Shown here piece by piece: positions 45,952 to 53,814 of a DNA stretch of 53,814 bases. Position 1 is the first letter of the stretch; each line of letters begins with the position of its first letter. Origin of the DNA: a virus (Duplodnaviria; Caudoviricetes); the IMG/VR virus record IMGVR_UViG_3300022865_000009, positions 1-53,814 of that record; one strand, 5' to 3'. The notes beneath the pieces are model-generated. The model saw only the letters and a program-made list of their open reading frames with translations. It made no database searches and had not been told where the DNA came from. Position numbers and translations under genes: made by a program.

Positions 45952-47493
45952 ATGGAATCGCTAGAATTTTTTAGCGACCTATTCGGCGGATTAGACTCCG
46001 CTTACGGTACCTATGAGCTCAATGGGGCTCATAGGTCTGATGGTAAAGCAGAAGGTAAAGCGCTTACTAAGAAAGGGTCTGTAACAAACGAACTATTTGA
46101 AAAACATCTAAAAGGTGAAGTCTCTATAGGTATTGTTCCAATTATGAAGGACAATAACTGTAAGTGGGGCTGTATTGATGTAGATAAATATTCTATGGAT
46201 ATTAAATCTACTATTAAAAAAATTAGAGAACTAAAACTTCCACTCTTTCCTTATAGATCTAAGTCTGGTGGATTACATTTATTTTTACATATTGATGGTG
46301 TGATAACTGCATCTGAGATGATTAATAAATTAACTGAGATAGCCGGAGTATTAGGTTTTGGAGACTGTGAAATATTTCCTAAACAAAGAACAATTAATGT
46401 AGAACTAGGAACTATAGGTAATTGGTTAAATCTACCTTACTTTAATGCAGAAATGACTATGCGATATGCATTAGATGACAACGGCCACTCGATACCTTTT
46501 GAGAAATTACCAGAAGCTGTTGCTAAGTTTAGATTAAAACCGAAAGATTTCTATGCAATAAAAATTGAAGTACAGGAAAACGGAGACGATATGTTTAAGG
46601 AATATCCTCCATGTGTACAATCATTTATGACAACGCAAATGGAGCAAGGTGGTAGAAACGAAGCTTTGTTTAATGTGGGTGTATGTATGATTAAGAAGTT
46701 AGGTAAAGAAGGAGCATGGGAACATGATCTTCAAGAAGTAAATAAAGCTTGGGGAGAAAATGCATTACCTGCAAAAGAAGTTAAGGCTACAATTATTAAT
46801 TCTTTAACTAAAGAAAAAGAATATAATTATAAATGTAACACTCCGCCTGCTAAAAGGTTTTGTAACCAAGATCTATGTATTAAAAGAAAGTTAGGTATAG
46901 GTAAAAGTAACTATAGTTTTTCTGTAGATTCTTTTCAAAAGATTAATACTAAGCCACCTAAATATATTTTAACTATTGATAAGAAGCCTATAAGATTAAC
47001 TGGACAAGAACTTTGTCAGCAACAATTACTTAAAACACAGTTGTTTGATACAGATATTGTTTGGAAAACTATGGAGAAGGAATCATTTCATTTATGGTTA
47101 AATTATCTTAAAACAATACAAACTGATGTGGAAGGTTATGACTTTACAGATGATGATAAAGATGAATTTGAATACATATTCAAAAACTTTATTGATGATA
47201 ACCAAGTTGCAGATGATATATCTCAAACACAAAGTGATTATGTTTATGAAGAAGATGGTTATATGTTTTTTAGATTAGAGGTCTTTAAAAAGTTTTTAAA
47301 GAAAGAAGGTCAGAACTTAAAGGCTCCAGAAGTAAAAGAAATATTAATAGACAATGGAGCAGAGTATATAAGGAAGCATAAGGAATACACAGCTAGACTT
47401 TGGAAAATATCTAAACCTAAGTTTGAATCTGTAAAAGACCGTAACGTTAACTTTAACAAGAAGATGCCTAGCTTTGATCCAGATAATCAATAA
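45952..47493 (+). CDS. AEP-superfamily primase with PriCT-like domain
   Basis: WGCIDVD, RSKSGGLHLF, EIFPKQ, NLPY, PPC, GGRNEALF. Confidence 0.85.
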   Translation: MESLEFFSDLFGGLDSAYGTYELNGAHRSDGKAEGKALTKKGSVTNELFEKHLKGEVSIGIVPIMKDNNCKWGCIDVDKYSMDIKSTIKKIRELKLPLFPYRSKSGGLHLFLHIDGVITASEMINKLTEIAGVLGFGDCEIFPKQRTINVELGTIGNWLNLPYFNAEMTMRYALDDNGHSIPFEKLPEAVAKFRLKPKDFYAIKIEVQENGDDMFKEYPPCVQSFMTTQMEQGGRNEALFNVGVCMIKKLGKEGAWEHDLQEVNKAWGENALPAKEVKATIINSLTKEKEYNYKCNTPPAKRFCNQDLCIKRKLGIGKSNYSFSVDSFQKINTKPPKYILTIDKKPIRLTGQELCQQQLLKTQLFDTDIVWKTMEKESFHLWLNYLKTIQTDVEGYDFTDDDKDEFEYIFKNFIDDNQVADDISQTQSDYVYEEDGYMFFRLEVFKKFLKKEGQNLKAPEVKEILIDNGAEYIRKHKEYTARLWKISKPKFESVKDRNVNFNKKMPSFDPDNQ

Positions 47494-49045
47494 AACTGCT
47501 AAAATATTTGGGCCTCCTGGTACAGGTAAAACCACGAGGCTTATTAAAATAATAGAAAAATGGTTAAGGTTAGGTGTACAACCTCATGAGATTGTCTATG
47601 TATCTTTCACAAACAAAGCTGTTAACGAAGCTGTATCAAGAGTAGTTAAAAAATTTACAAATTATAAGGAGGAAGATTTTGATAATTTTAGAACTATTCA
47701 TTCTTTTTGTAAAAAACATTTAGATAACGTTCAAGTGGTAGATCCTAGAATAGATATGTTGGAGTTTCATACGGATTGGGGAACTGTTTCAGCTAACATG
47801 AGTGATGAAGACATGAACAACAGGGTATTTAATAACTGGTTTCTTAGAGTATATGACAAATCTAGAAATTTATTAATTGAACCAGATGAAGCTTTTAGAA
47901 GAGAGACAATTAAAAGAGGAAGGTTAATTCAATATAGAGACATCATAAGAAATTATGAAAAATTTAAAAAGAATCATAAAATAGACTTTACAGATATGGT
48001 TGAAAAATATATTGAAGAAGTTAATCCACAACATTACAAAGTATTTATAGTAGATGAGGCTCAAGATCTAACTCCACTTCAATGGAAATTTGTCTACAAG
48101 ATAGCAGAAAAAGCAAAAAGAATTTATTTAGCTGGAGATGATGATCAAGCCATATATGAATGGAATGGTGCAGATGTACATTCTTTCCTAACTTTCCCTG
48201 GAAAAGTATTTACCTTGAAAAAATCATATAGATTAAACAAAGATGTTCATAGTTTATCAAAAGAAATATTAAAATTTATAACTGTAAGACAAGAAAAAGA
48301 ATTTACTAGCAACAATGTAAGAGGTTACATAGAGAGATACTCTAAGTTTAATGAGATTCCAATAGGTAAAATAGAGGGCTCCTGGCTAATTTTAGGAAGA
48401 GTAAGAAATAATGTAAACGAATTAAGAGATTTTGCTAGAGCAAAAGGCTTATATTTCCAAGACATGAGAGGTAATAAATCGTTTAATATGAACAAATGGT
48501 TAGCTATTTCTTATTGGGAGAAGTTAAAAAAAGGAGGAACTCTTAACAAAGAAGAAGTGGGAATTATGTATGACTTTATCCAAGAAATAAAAAGAGGGTG
48601 GAGAAAGATAGATGCTAAATCTTGGTCAGCTATTCATCCTAATGAACCTTTAGATCTACAATTTTTAAAAACTCAAGCAGGACTACATACACCTAACAAC
48701 AATTGGTGGGAAGTACTAAACCGTAAATTTACTATAAAGGACTTGGATTATTTTGAAACTATGTTAAAAAACAATGTAGAACTTGATGACAAAGCTAACA
48801 TTATTATTGACACTATTCACTCCGTTAAAGGAGGAGAAGCAGACAATGTTATTATATATGAGAAGTCTAATTGGCCATCTCATTTTAATAGTAAGAATGG
48901 TAATGATAAAATGGCTGAAGCCCGAGTCTGGTATACAGGAGTGACTCGTGCTAAAAAGACACTTCATTTACTAGCAACAAATCATGAATTTTATTTTCCT
49001 ATGGGTAAAATATTTTCTAACTATAAAAGGAGTATAAATGAGTAA
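47474..49045 (+). CDS. UvrD/Rep-like SF1 helicase
   Basis: GPPGTGKT, SFT, TIHS, VDEAQD, GDDDQAIY, TIHSVKGGE, YTGVTRA. Confidence 0.92.
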   Translation: MIQIINKTAKIFGPPGTGKTTRLIKIIEKWLRLGVQPHEIVYVSFTNKAVNEAVSRVVKKFTNYKEEDFDNFRTIHSFCKKHLDNVQVVDPRIDMLEFHTDWGTVSANMSDEDMNNRVFNNWFLRVYDKSRNLLIEPDEAFRRETIKRGRLIQYRDIIRNYEKFKKNHKIDFTDMVEKYIEEVNPQHYKVFIVDEAQDLTPLQWKFVYKIAEKAKRIYLAGDDDQAIYEWNGADVHSFLTFPGKVFTLKKSYRLNKDVHSLSKEILKFITVRQEKEFTSNNVRGYIERYSKFNEIPIGKIEGSWLILGRVRNNVNELRDFARAKGLYFQDMRGNKSFNMNKWLAISYWEKLKKGGTLNKEEVGIMYDFIQEIKRGWRKIDAKSWSAIHPNEPLDLQFLKTQAGLHTPNNNWWEVLNRKFTIKDLDYFETMLKNNVELDDKANIIIDTIHSVKGGEADNVIIYEKSNWPSHFNSKNGNDKMAEARVWYTGVTRAKKTLHLLATNHEFYFPMGKIFSNYKRSINE

Positions 49046-49304
49046 TAAAGATATGTTTGACGAAACGTTTCCACAAGGTAGGCAGGTAGGTGGATCTCAT
49101 TATAAAGATAATTTTAAAATACAACCTTATGAATTTATTTCAAAAAACAATCTATCATTTTTTCAGGGATGTGTGGTAAAATATGTTTGCAGATATTTAT
49201 TTAAAGGAACAGCAGAACAAGACCTTGATAAAATTATACATTACTGTGAACTAGAAAAATTAAAATTAAAAGATGATCCGAAGAGTAAGAAAAATAATCG
49301 TTAA
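49038..49304 (+). CDS. DUF3310 protein (T7 gp1.7-like nucleotide kinase family)
   Basis: QVGGSHY, GCVVKYVCR...K...DLDK..HY. Confidence 0.8.
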   Translation: MSNKDMFDETFPQGRQVGGSHYKDNFKIQPYEFISKNNLSFFQGCVVKYVCRYLFKGTAEQDLDKIIHYCELEKLKLKDDPKSKKNNR

Positions 49305-49413
49305 ACTTAGAATGCTTTATGCTGATATTAGGGGCCACCATGGTAAAAAATGGGATTACGAACCTGGAGATTGGTATATGGGTAGAAAAAATAAACAGAG
49401 AAAGAAAAAATGA
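49273..49413 (+). CDS. 46-aa basic hypothetical protein
   Basis: MIRRVRKII...RGHHGKKWDYEPGDWYMG; fills the gap. Confidence 0.45.
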   Translation: MIRRVRKIIVKLRMLYADIRGHHGKKWDYEPGDWYMGRKNKQRKKK

Positions 49414-49514
49414 GAAGATACATACTTGAACGGATATATCATTACTCAACTTACTTAACGAGTTGGTCATGGCAAAAATTATATGGTAAACGAACTAAAA
49501 GAGGAGAGAAGTAA
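49410..49514 (+). CDS. 34-aa hypothetical protein
   Basis: ATGA overlap upstream and TAATG overlap with polA. Confidence 0.4.
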   Translation: MRRYILERIYHYSTYLTSWSWQKLYGKRTKRGEK

Positions 49515-51388
49515 TGACTACTGAACTTACATTTACAACGACTGATAGTGACTGGACACCGCCCACTAGCTACCCAGATCTAAGCGATCGTTCTACGATA
49601 GCAATAGATTTAGAGACTAGAGATCCTAATATTAAAAAGACAGGACCAGGATGGCCGACTAAAGATGGAGAGATCGTTGGTATAGCAGTAGCAACAGATG
49701 GATTCAAAGGATACTTTCCTATAGCTCATGAAAGAGGAGATAATTTAGATCCGAACATGACTATGAAATGGTTTCAAAAAGTAATGGCATCAGATGCGGA
49801 TAAAATTTGTCACAATGCTTCATACGATATTGGTTGGTGTAGAGCTTCAGGGATAAAAACAAATGGAAAAATTATAGATACTATGCTTGCAGGAGCAATC
49901 ATTGATGAGAACAGAAGAGGTTATTCTTTGAACGCATTGTCTGCAGAATATCTTGGTGAAATAAAATCAGAAGTAAAATTAAGAGAGAAAGCAGAAGAGT
50001 GGGGACTAGATGCTAAAGCAGATTTATGGAAACTACCTCCATCATTTGTAGGAGAATATGCAGAACAAGATGCTGAACTAACTTTAAAACTGTGGAGAAA
50101 ATTTGAAACAGAAATTAAATTAAAAAATCTATCCTCTATTTTTGAAATGGAAACAAAGTTATTACCTATTTTAATAGAAATGCGTGAGCACGGAATAAGA
50201 ATGGATATGAATAAAGCTGAAGTAATGAAGAAAACTTTTGTTTTAGAAGAGAAGAAAAAACTGCATGAAATCAAGGGTTTAACGGGAATTGACGTAGAAT
50301 TATGGGCTGCAACATCTGTGGCTAAAGCCTTCGATTCAATGAAAGTACCTTATGATAGAACAGAAAAAACTAAGGCACCAAGCTTTACTACTAACTGGTT
50401 ACACAACTGTACTCACCCATTAGCTAAACTTGTTAGAGAAGCAAGAGAGATGAATAAGTTTCATTCAACTTTTATAGACTCTATATTTAAATTCGAACAC
50501 AAGGGAAGAATACATGCAGAAATTAATCAACTAAGATCTGATAATGGTGGAACAGTAACGGGAAGACTTTCAATGTCTAACCCTAATCTTCAGCAGGTAC
50601 CTGCAAGAAACAAAGAGTTTGGAAAACAAATTAGATCATTATTCTTACCCGACAAAGAAAAGCAATGGGGATCATTTGATTATTCACAACAAGAACCAAG
50701 ATTAGTAGTCCACTATGCATCAAGTGTAGATTCTGGATTTGAAGGAAGCTATGAACTAATTAAAGCATATCAAAATGAAGATGCAGACTTCCACCAAGTA
50801 GTAGCAGACATGGCCGACATACCAAGATCACAAGCTAAGACAATTAACCTTGGATTATTTTATGGTATGGGTGCAGCGAAACTATCTCGTGAACTTGGAA
50901 TTGATACGGAGAGTGCTAAACAATTGTTAAAAGAATATAATGCGAAGGTACCTTTTGTAAAACAGTTAGCAAATAAATGTATGTCAGTTGCAGATAAAAA
51001 GGGGGGTGTTGTAACTATAAGAGGCAGACATTGTAGATTTAATATGTGGGAGCCTAAAGCTTGGGGTGTATTCCAAGCAATGACAGAGCAGGAAGCTTTC
51101 TCTAAATACGAAATGCATCAATTAAAACGTGCAGGAACATACAAGGCTTTAAATAAACTGATTCAAGGTAGCGCAGCAGATCAGACTAAACAAGCAATCA
51201 TTGAATGTTACGAGGAAGGCCACCGGCCACTGCTACAAATACATGATGAATTATGTTTTAATATAGGTGGAGATGCAGATGTTAAAACTATTAAAAATAA
51301 AATGGAACATTGTTTAGATGATGTGCCAATGAAAGTTCCTTCTAAAGTTGATATAGCATTGGGGGACAACTGGGGAGAGGCAACGTAA
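49514..51388 (+). CDS. polA: Family A DNA polymerase with 3'-5' exonuclease
   Basis: Exo DLET and HNASYD; TGRLS..NPNLQQ; DYSQQEPR; AKTINLGLFYG; QIHDEL. Confidence 0.96.
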   Translation: MTTELTFTTTDSDWTPPTSYPDLSDRSTIAIDLETRDPNIKKTGPGWPTKDGEIVGIAVATDGFKGYFPIAHERGDNLDPNMTMKWFQKVMASDADKICHNASYDIGWCRASGIKTNGKIIDTMLAGAIIDENRRGYSLNALSAEYLGEIKSEVKLREKAEEWGLDAKADLWKLPPSFVGEYAEQDAELTLKLWRKFETEIKLKNLSSIFEMETKLLPILIEMREHGIRMDMNKAEVMKKTFVLEEKKKLHEIKGLTGIDVELWAATSVAKAFDSMKVPYDRTEKTKAPSFTTNWLHNCTHPLAKLVREAREMNKFHSTFIDSIFKFEHKGRIHAEINQLRSDNGGTVTGRLSMSNPNLQQVPARNKEFGKQIRSLFLPDKEKQWGSFDYSQQEPRLVVHYASSVDSGFEGSYELIKAYQNEDADFHQVVADMADIPRSQAKTINLGLFYGMGAAKLSRELGIDTESAKQLLKEYNAKVPFVKQLANKCMSVADKKGGVVTIRGRHCRFNMWEPKAWGVFQAMTEQEAFSKYEMHQLKRAGTYKALNKLIQGSAADQTKQAIIECYEEGHRPLLQIHDELCFNIGGDADVKTIKNKMEHCLDDVPMKVPSKVDIALGDNWGEAT

Positions 51389-51594
51389 TGGGAGAGAAAC
51401 CGATAGATCCAAAAGATCCTACTTTAATGGTAGGTCAATGCCCTCACTGTAAAGCTGATACTGTTTTTAAGAAAACAGGAGACAAGAATATCTTTCTCTG
51501 CAGAGTTTGTTATAAAACTGCAAAGCAATGGAAGAACGGGAAGATACATTGGTTTAAAGTCTCAGAGACTCACCCTTATATCGATTATGTTTAA
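51388..51594 (+). CDS. Small zinc-ribbon protein
   Basis: CPHC...CRVC. Confidence 0.65.
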   Translation: MGEKPIDPKDPTLMVGQCPHCKADTVFKKTGDKNIFLCRVCYKTAKQWKNGKIHWFKVSETHPYIDYV

Positions 51595-51800
51595 CCAGCA
51601 AATAAATGCGTTTCGAAATCTTTATTATTCGAAGTAACAGCTTGCATATCTCTAGCAATTAATTCTTTAACAATTGTTTTAATTTCTTGAGATGTTTCTT
51701 GCATAGCGTTAGTTACTTTACCTTCTTCTAAATAAGCTTGGTTCCAAGAAGATTCTAAGCTAATTTTTCTAGCTAGTAGTGCTTGTTTTGATTCCATCAT
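51591..51800 (-). CDS. Hypothetical protein
   Basis: GAGGAG SD on the minus strand; 69 aa. Confidence 0.65.
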   Translation of the reverse strand: MMESKQALLARKISLESSWNQAYLEEGKVTNAMQETSQEIKTIVKELIARDMQAVTSNNKDFETHLFAG

Positions 51801-51981
51801 TTAACTCCTCATAAGTTACTAAACACAGTTTTGGTTGAGTTAAAGTTTCTTCTTCAATTTTAACTTTACCCGTGTTTAATTCATTTATGAAATTAGGTAT
51901 CACTTGCTCTTCAGTGTCACAACTGACTTGATGATCTATATAGGCTCCTAAGTGACGAGCTTGGACACGATATAATTTCAT
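51769..51981 (-). CDS. Hypothetical protein
   Basis: 70 aa, in tandem with neighbouring minus-strand ORFs. Confidence 0.6.
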   Translation of the reverse strand: MKLYRVQARHLGAYIDHQVSCDTEEQVIPNFINELNTGKVKIEEETLTQPKLCLVTYEELNDGIKTSTTS

Positions 51982-52012
51982 AAGATAATAATAGCCTTTT
52001 TTTGTTGATAAA

Positions 52013-52255
52013 TCAAGTATTTACGTTAGGGTTGACTTCCAGACACTTTAAGCGTCCTTGTGTAATTGTCAAACCTTTTTTTGTGTATATTTCACGTAGA
52101 ACTTTACTTTTTCTTTTGACTGCAATTAAACAGTTTTCTTCACCTTTGTAATAAATAAAAGGTTGTTCTAAGATATTAAAACATTGTTCAAATTTATCTT
52201 CTATTTTAGGATCAATGAAACACATCATTCCAAATATAATAAAAGTTTTTATCAT
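52013..52255 (-). CDS. Hypothetical protein with hydrophobic N-terminus and 4 Cys
   Basis: 80 aa. Confidence 0.55.
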   Translation of the reverse strand: MIKTFIIFGMMCFIDPKIEDKFEQCFNILEQPFIYYKGEENCLIAVKRKSKVLREIYTKKGLTITQGRLKCLEVNPNVNT

Positions 52256-52259
52256 TAGG

Positions 52260-52290
52260 GGTTGACCTTATATTAAATACCTCTTATATA
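52260..52290 (+). promoter_or_regulatory. Sigma70-like promoter
   Basis: TTGACC-17bp-TATATA upstream of the AGGAGG SD of 52323. Confidence 0.55.
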
Positions 52291-52322
52291 CAAGAGATAC
52301 GCAATTATAACATAGGAGGACA

Positions 52323-52616
52323 ATGTTTAAAAGTAAAAGTTTATGCTTTAAAAGTTTTGTAACAAAAATAGATGATGTATTGTCAAAAGTACATTCCAAA
52401 ACAATTGGTGGTGAGCCCTTACAATACAATGATGATGAATGGATTAACGCTAGAGATAGGTTAATGGGAATGAAAATTGGAGGACATAACATGGCCACCT
52501 ACCCTATTAACTTTCAAATGGCAGATCATTTAATTTTATCTGAAGTTGGATCACGGGAAAAAGCAGAGAAGATTCATTTAGACGAATACTTTGCAAAAAT
52601 GAAAGGGACTAATTAA
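52323..52616 (+). CDS. Hypothetical protein
   Basis: AGGAGG SD; 97 aa. Confidence 0.7.
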   Translation: MFKSKSLCFKSFVTKIDDVLSKVHSKTIGGEPLQYNDDEWINARDRLMGMKIGGHNMATYPINFQMADHLILSEVGSREKAEKIHLDEYFAKMKGTN

Positions 52617-52727
52617 TTGATTAAATTAATAGTTTTAATATTATTATTGAGTGCGTGTACTAAAGATTTACAACCAAATCCTTACACAACTATAATAAAA
52701 CATATAATAAAAGGAGATAAAAAATGA
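52617..52727 (+). CDS. 36-aa putative lipoprotein (not in ORF track)
   Basis: TTG start; MIKLIVLILLLSAC lipobox. Confidence 0.5.
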   Translation: MIKLIVLILLLSACTKDLQPNPYTTIIKHIIKGDKK

Positions 52728-52834
52728 CAGGTATATATTTAGGTTTAATTTTTGTTTTTATTTTAGCTTTTCCTAATTTTGTATTAGGCTCTATTGTAGC
52801 TTTAATTGCATTTATGTTTGGAGTATCATTTTAA
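52724..52834 (+). CDS. 36-aa membrane peptide (not in ORF track)
   Basis: AAGGAG SD; almost entirely hydrophobic. Confidence 0.55.
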   Translation: MTGIYLGLIFVFILAFPNFVLGSIVALIAFMFGVSF

Positions 52835-53175
52835 TGAGTGAACAAAAATTAGACAAGGAGTTTGAAAAACTACAATCCGATTGGCAAAAAGCTTTAACTA
52901 AGTTTATGAACCGATCAGATAAACTAAATGATGCTTACCAAGAGGGAGCTCCTCCAGGAATGACAGAGACAATGTTGTTTGGTCTTATGTGGTATGTCAT
53001 TAAAGACAGATTAAAAAAATATACTTTAAAACATAGTGACATGGATGCTGAGTTAGAATTTGTAAGAGCCATGATGAAGAAAATATTAAACGAAGACTAT
53101 CCTAATTCTTTATTTGCTAAAGAAGATGGAAAATTAATACCTGTACAAACTGATAAAAAAATAACAATAAATTAG
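52834..53175 (+). CDS. Hypothetical protein
   Basis: TAATG coupling; 113 aa. Confidence 0.65.
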   Translation: MSEQKLDKEFEKLQSDWQKALTKFMNRSDKLNDAYQEGAPPGMTETMLFGLMWYVIKDRLKKYTLKHSDMDAELEFVRAMMKKILNEDYPNSLFAKEDGKLIPVQTDKKITIN

Positions 53176-53183
53176 GAGAAACT

Positions 53184-53387
53184 ATGGATATAAATAAATG
53201 GAAAAGTGTTGCAGTTAAAAAAGAAACTCACACAATGCTAACGGCCCTCTGCACTATGAAAGAAAGAAACCCAGCAAGGATGATTTCTAAATTAGTAAAT
53301 GACTATGTAGTGTTTCAAGCAAAGAAAGCAAAGAAACCTATTGAGACATTTAAAAAGGAACTGTTGCATAAGAATGCTAATACGTAA
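53184..53387 (+). CDS. Putative ribbon-helix-helix DNA-binding protein
   Basis: AGGAG SD; KWKSVAV strand followed by two helices. Confidence 0.55.
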   Translation: MDINKWKSVAVKKETHTMLTALCTMKERNPARMISKLVNDYVVFQAKKAKKPIETFKKELLHKNANT

Positions 53388-53814
53388 AATACATAATCTT
53401 AAACATTCACAAGGCATTAACTTTATTAAGGCTAATGAGCCTGGTGTTTATTTTTTATTCGATAAAGATAAAAAATTATCTTACATCGGTGAAAGTAAAT
53501 TTCCAATGTCTAGAATACTAGATCATTACTCTAGGGCTTATCAAAATAATAAAAGAGCTAAAGGTATTGGTCCTGTGTTTGATTATTTTAGAATCATAAA
53601 TTGTAAATCAAAAGATTCAAGAATAAGACAACATTATGAGAAACGTTGGATCCGTAAATTTAAAAGTCGTTTAAATTATAATACAAAAAACGAGTCATAT
53701 GATTTAAATTGGAAAGAGTTAAGTGGGTTTATTTTAGTATTTGATAACTTTTTTAAAAACACTAAAACTTGGTATAGATATTTAAATGATGATGTTATGA
53801 ATAAAAGAGATGTG
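53374..53814 (+). CDS. GIY-YIG nuclease, truncated by the window end
   Basis: PGVYFLF...LSYIGES...SRILDH...E; open to the end of the window. Confidence 0.75.
   Translation, partial: MLIRKIHNLKHSQGINFIKANEPGVYFLFDKDKKLSYIGESKFPMSRILDHYSRAYQNNKRAKGIGPVFDYFRIINCKSKDSRIRQHYEKRWIRKFKSRLNYNTKNESYDLNWKELSGFILVFDNFFKNTKTWYRYLNDDVMNKRDV

Noticed and set aside
1428-50274. Many minus-strand ORFs in the track (e.g. 2895-3401, 12492-12812, 39090-39632, 44824-45303, 49921-50274)
   Set aside because: Antisense shadows of well-supported plus-strand genes, with no SD or recognisable motifs
1-53814. tRNA, rRNA, integrase, RNA polymerase, RNR, purZ, or stop-codon reassignment
   Set aside because: None recognised by eye; genes tile densely under the standard code with TAA, TAG and TGA all used as stops

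Overview
The whole window is a large part of an AT-rich tailed dsDNA phage genome, probably podovirus-like (no tape measure, tail tube or sheath recognised). Composition and gene content resemble uncultured marine phages of streamlined alphaproteobacteria such as SAR11; the host is inferred, not shown. Gene order: terminase large subunit; small basic and large unknown proteins; portal; holin-like protein; GroES; scaffold; capsid genes; M15 endolysin; adaptor, tail-fibre and nozzle genes; four ejection/internal-protein candidates; then a replication module (exonuclease, SNF2 helicase, primase, UvrD-like helicase, family A DNA polymerase). AT-rich cassettes interrupt the structural region and carry about seven 2OG-Fe(II) oxygenase-like genes, a sulfotransferase, a carbamoyltransferase and two glycosyltransferases. 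The most striking unexplained pattern is a recurring [K/R]-hydrophobic-x-x-G-G motif in about 13 otherwise unrelated late proteins. It often separates a payload from a shared terminal tag (DYYKD[IL] or GIAIKGTxFxGV[YF]), and two proteins carry a domain like the processed C-terminus of lambda gpH. Together these suggest a 'tag, package and cleave' virion cargo system. Other highlights are a pseudoknot-like RNA leader next to a ribosome-binding site, a mini-ORF copying the capsid N-terminus, an ArfA-like peptide and a Cys/His-rich mini-protein. All calls come from motif reading only; no database searches were run.
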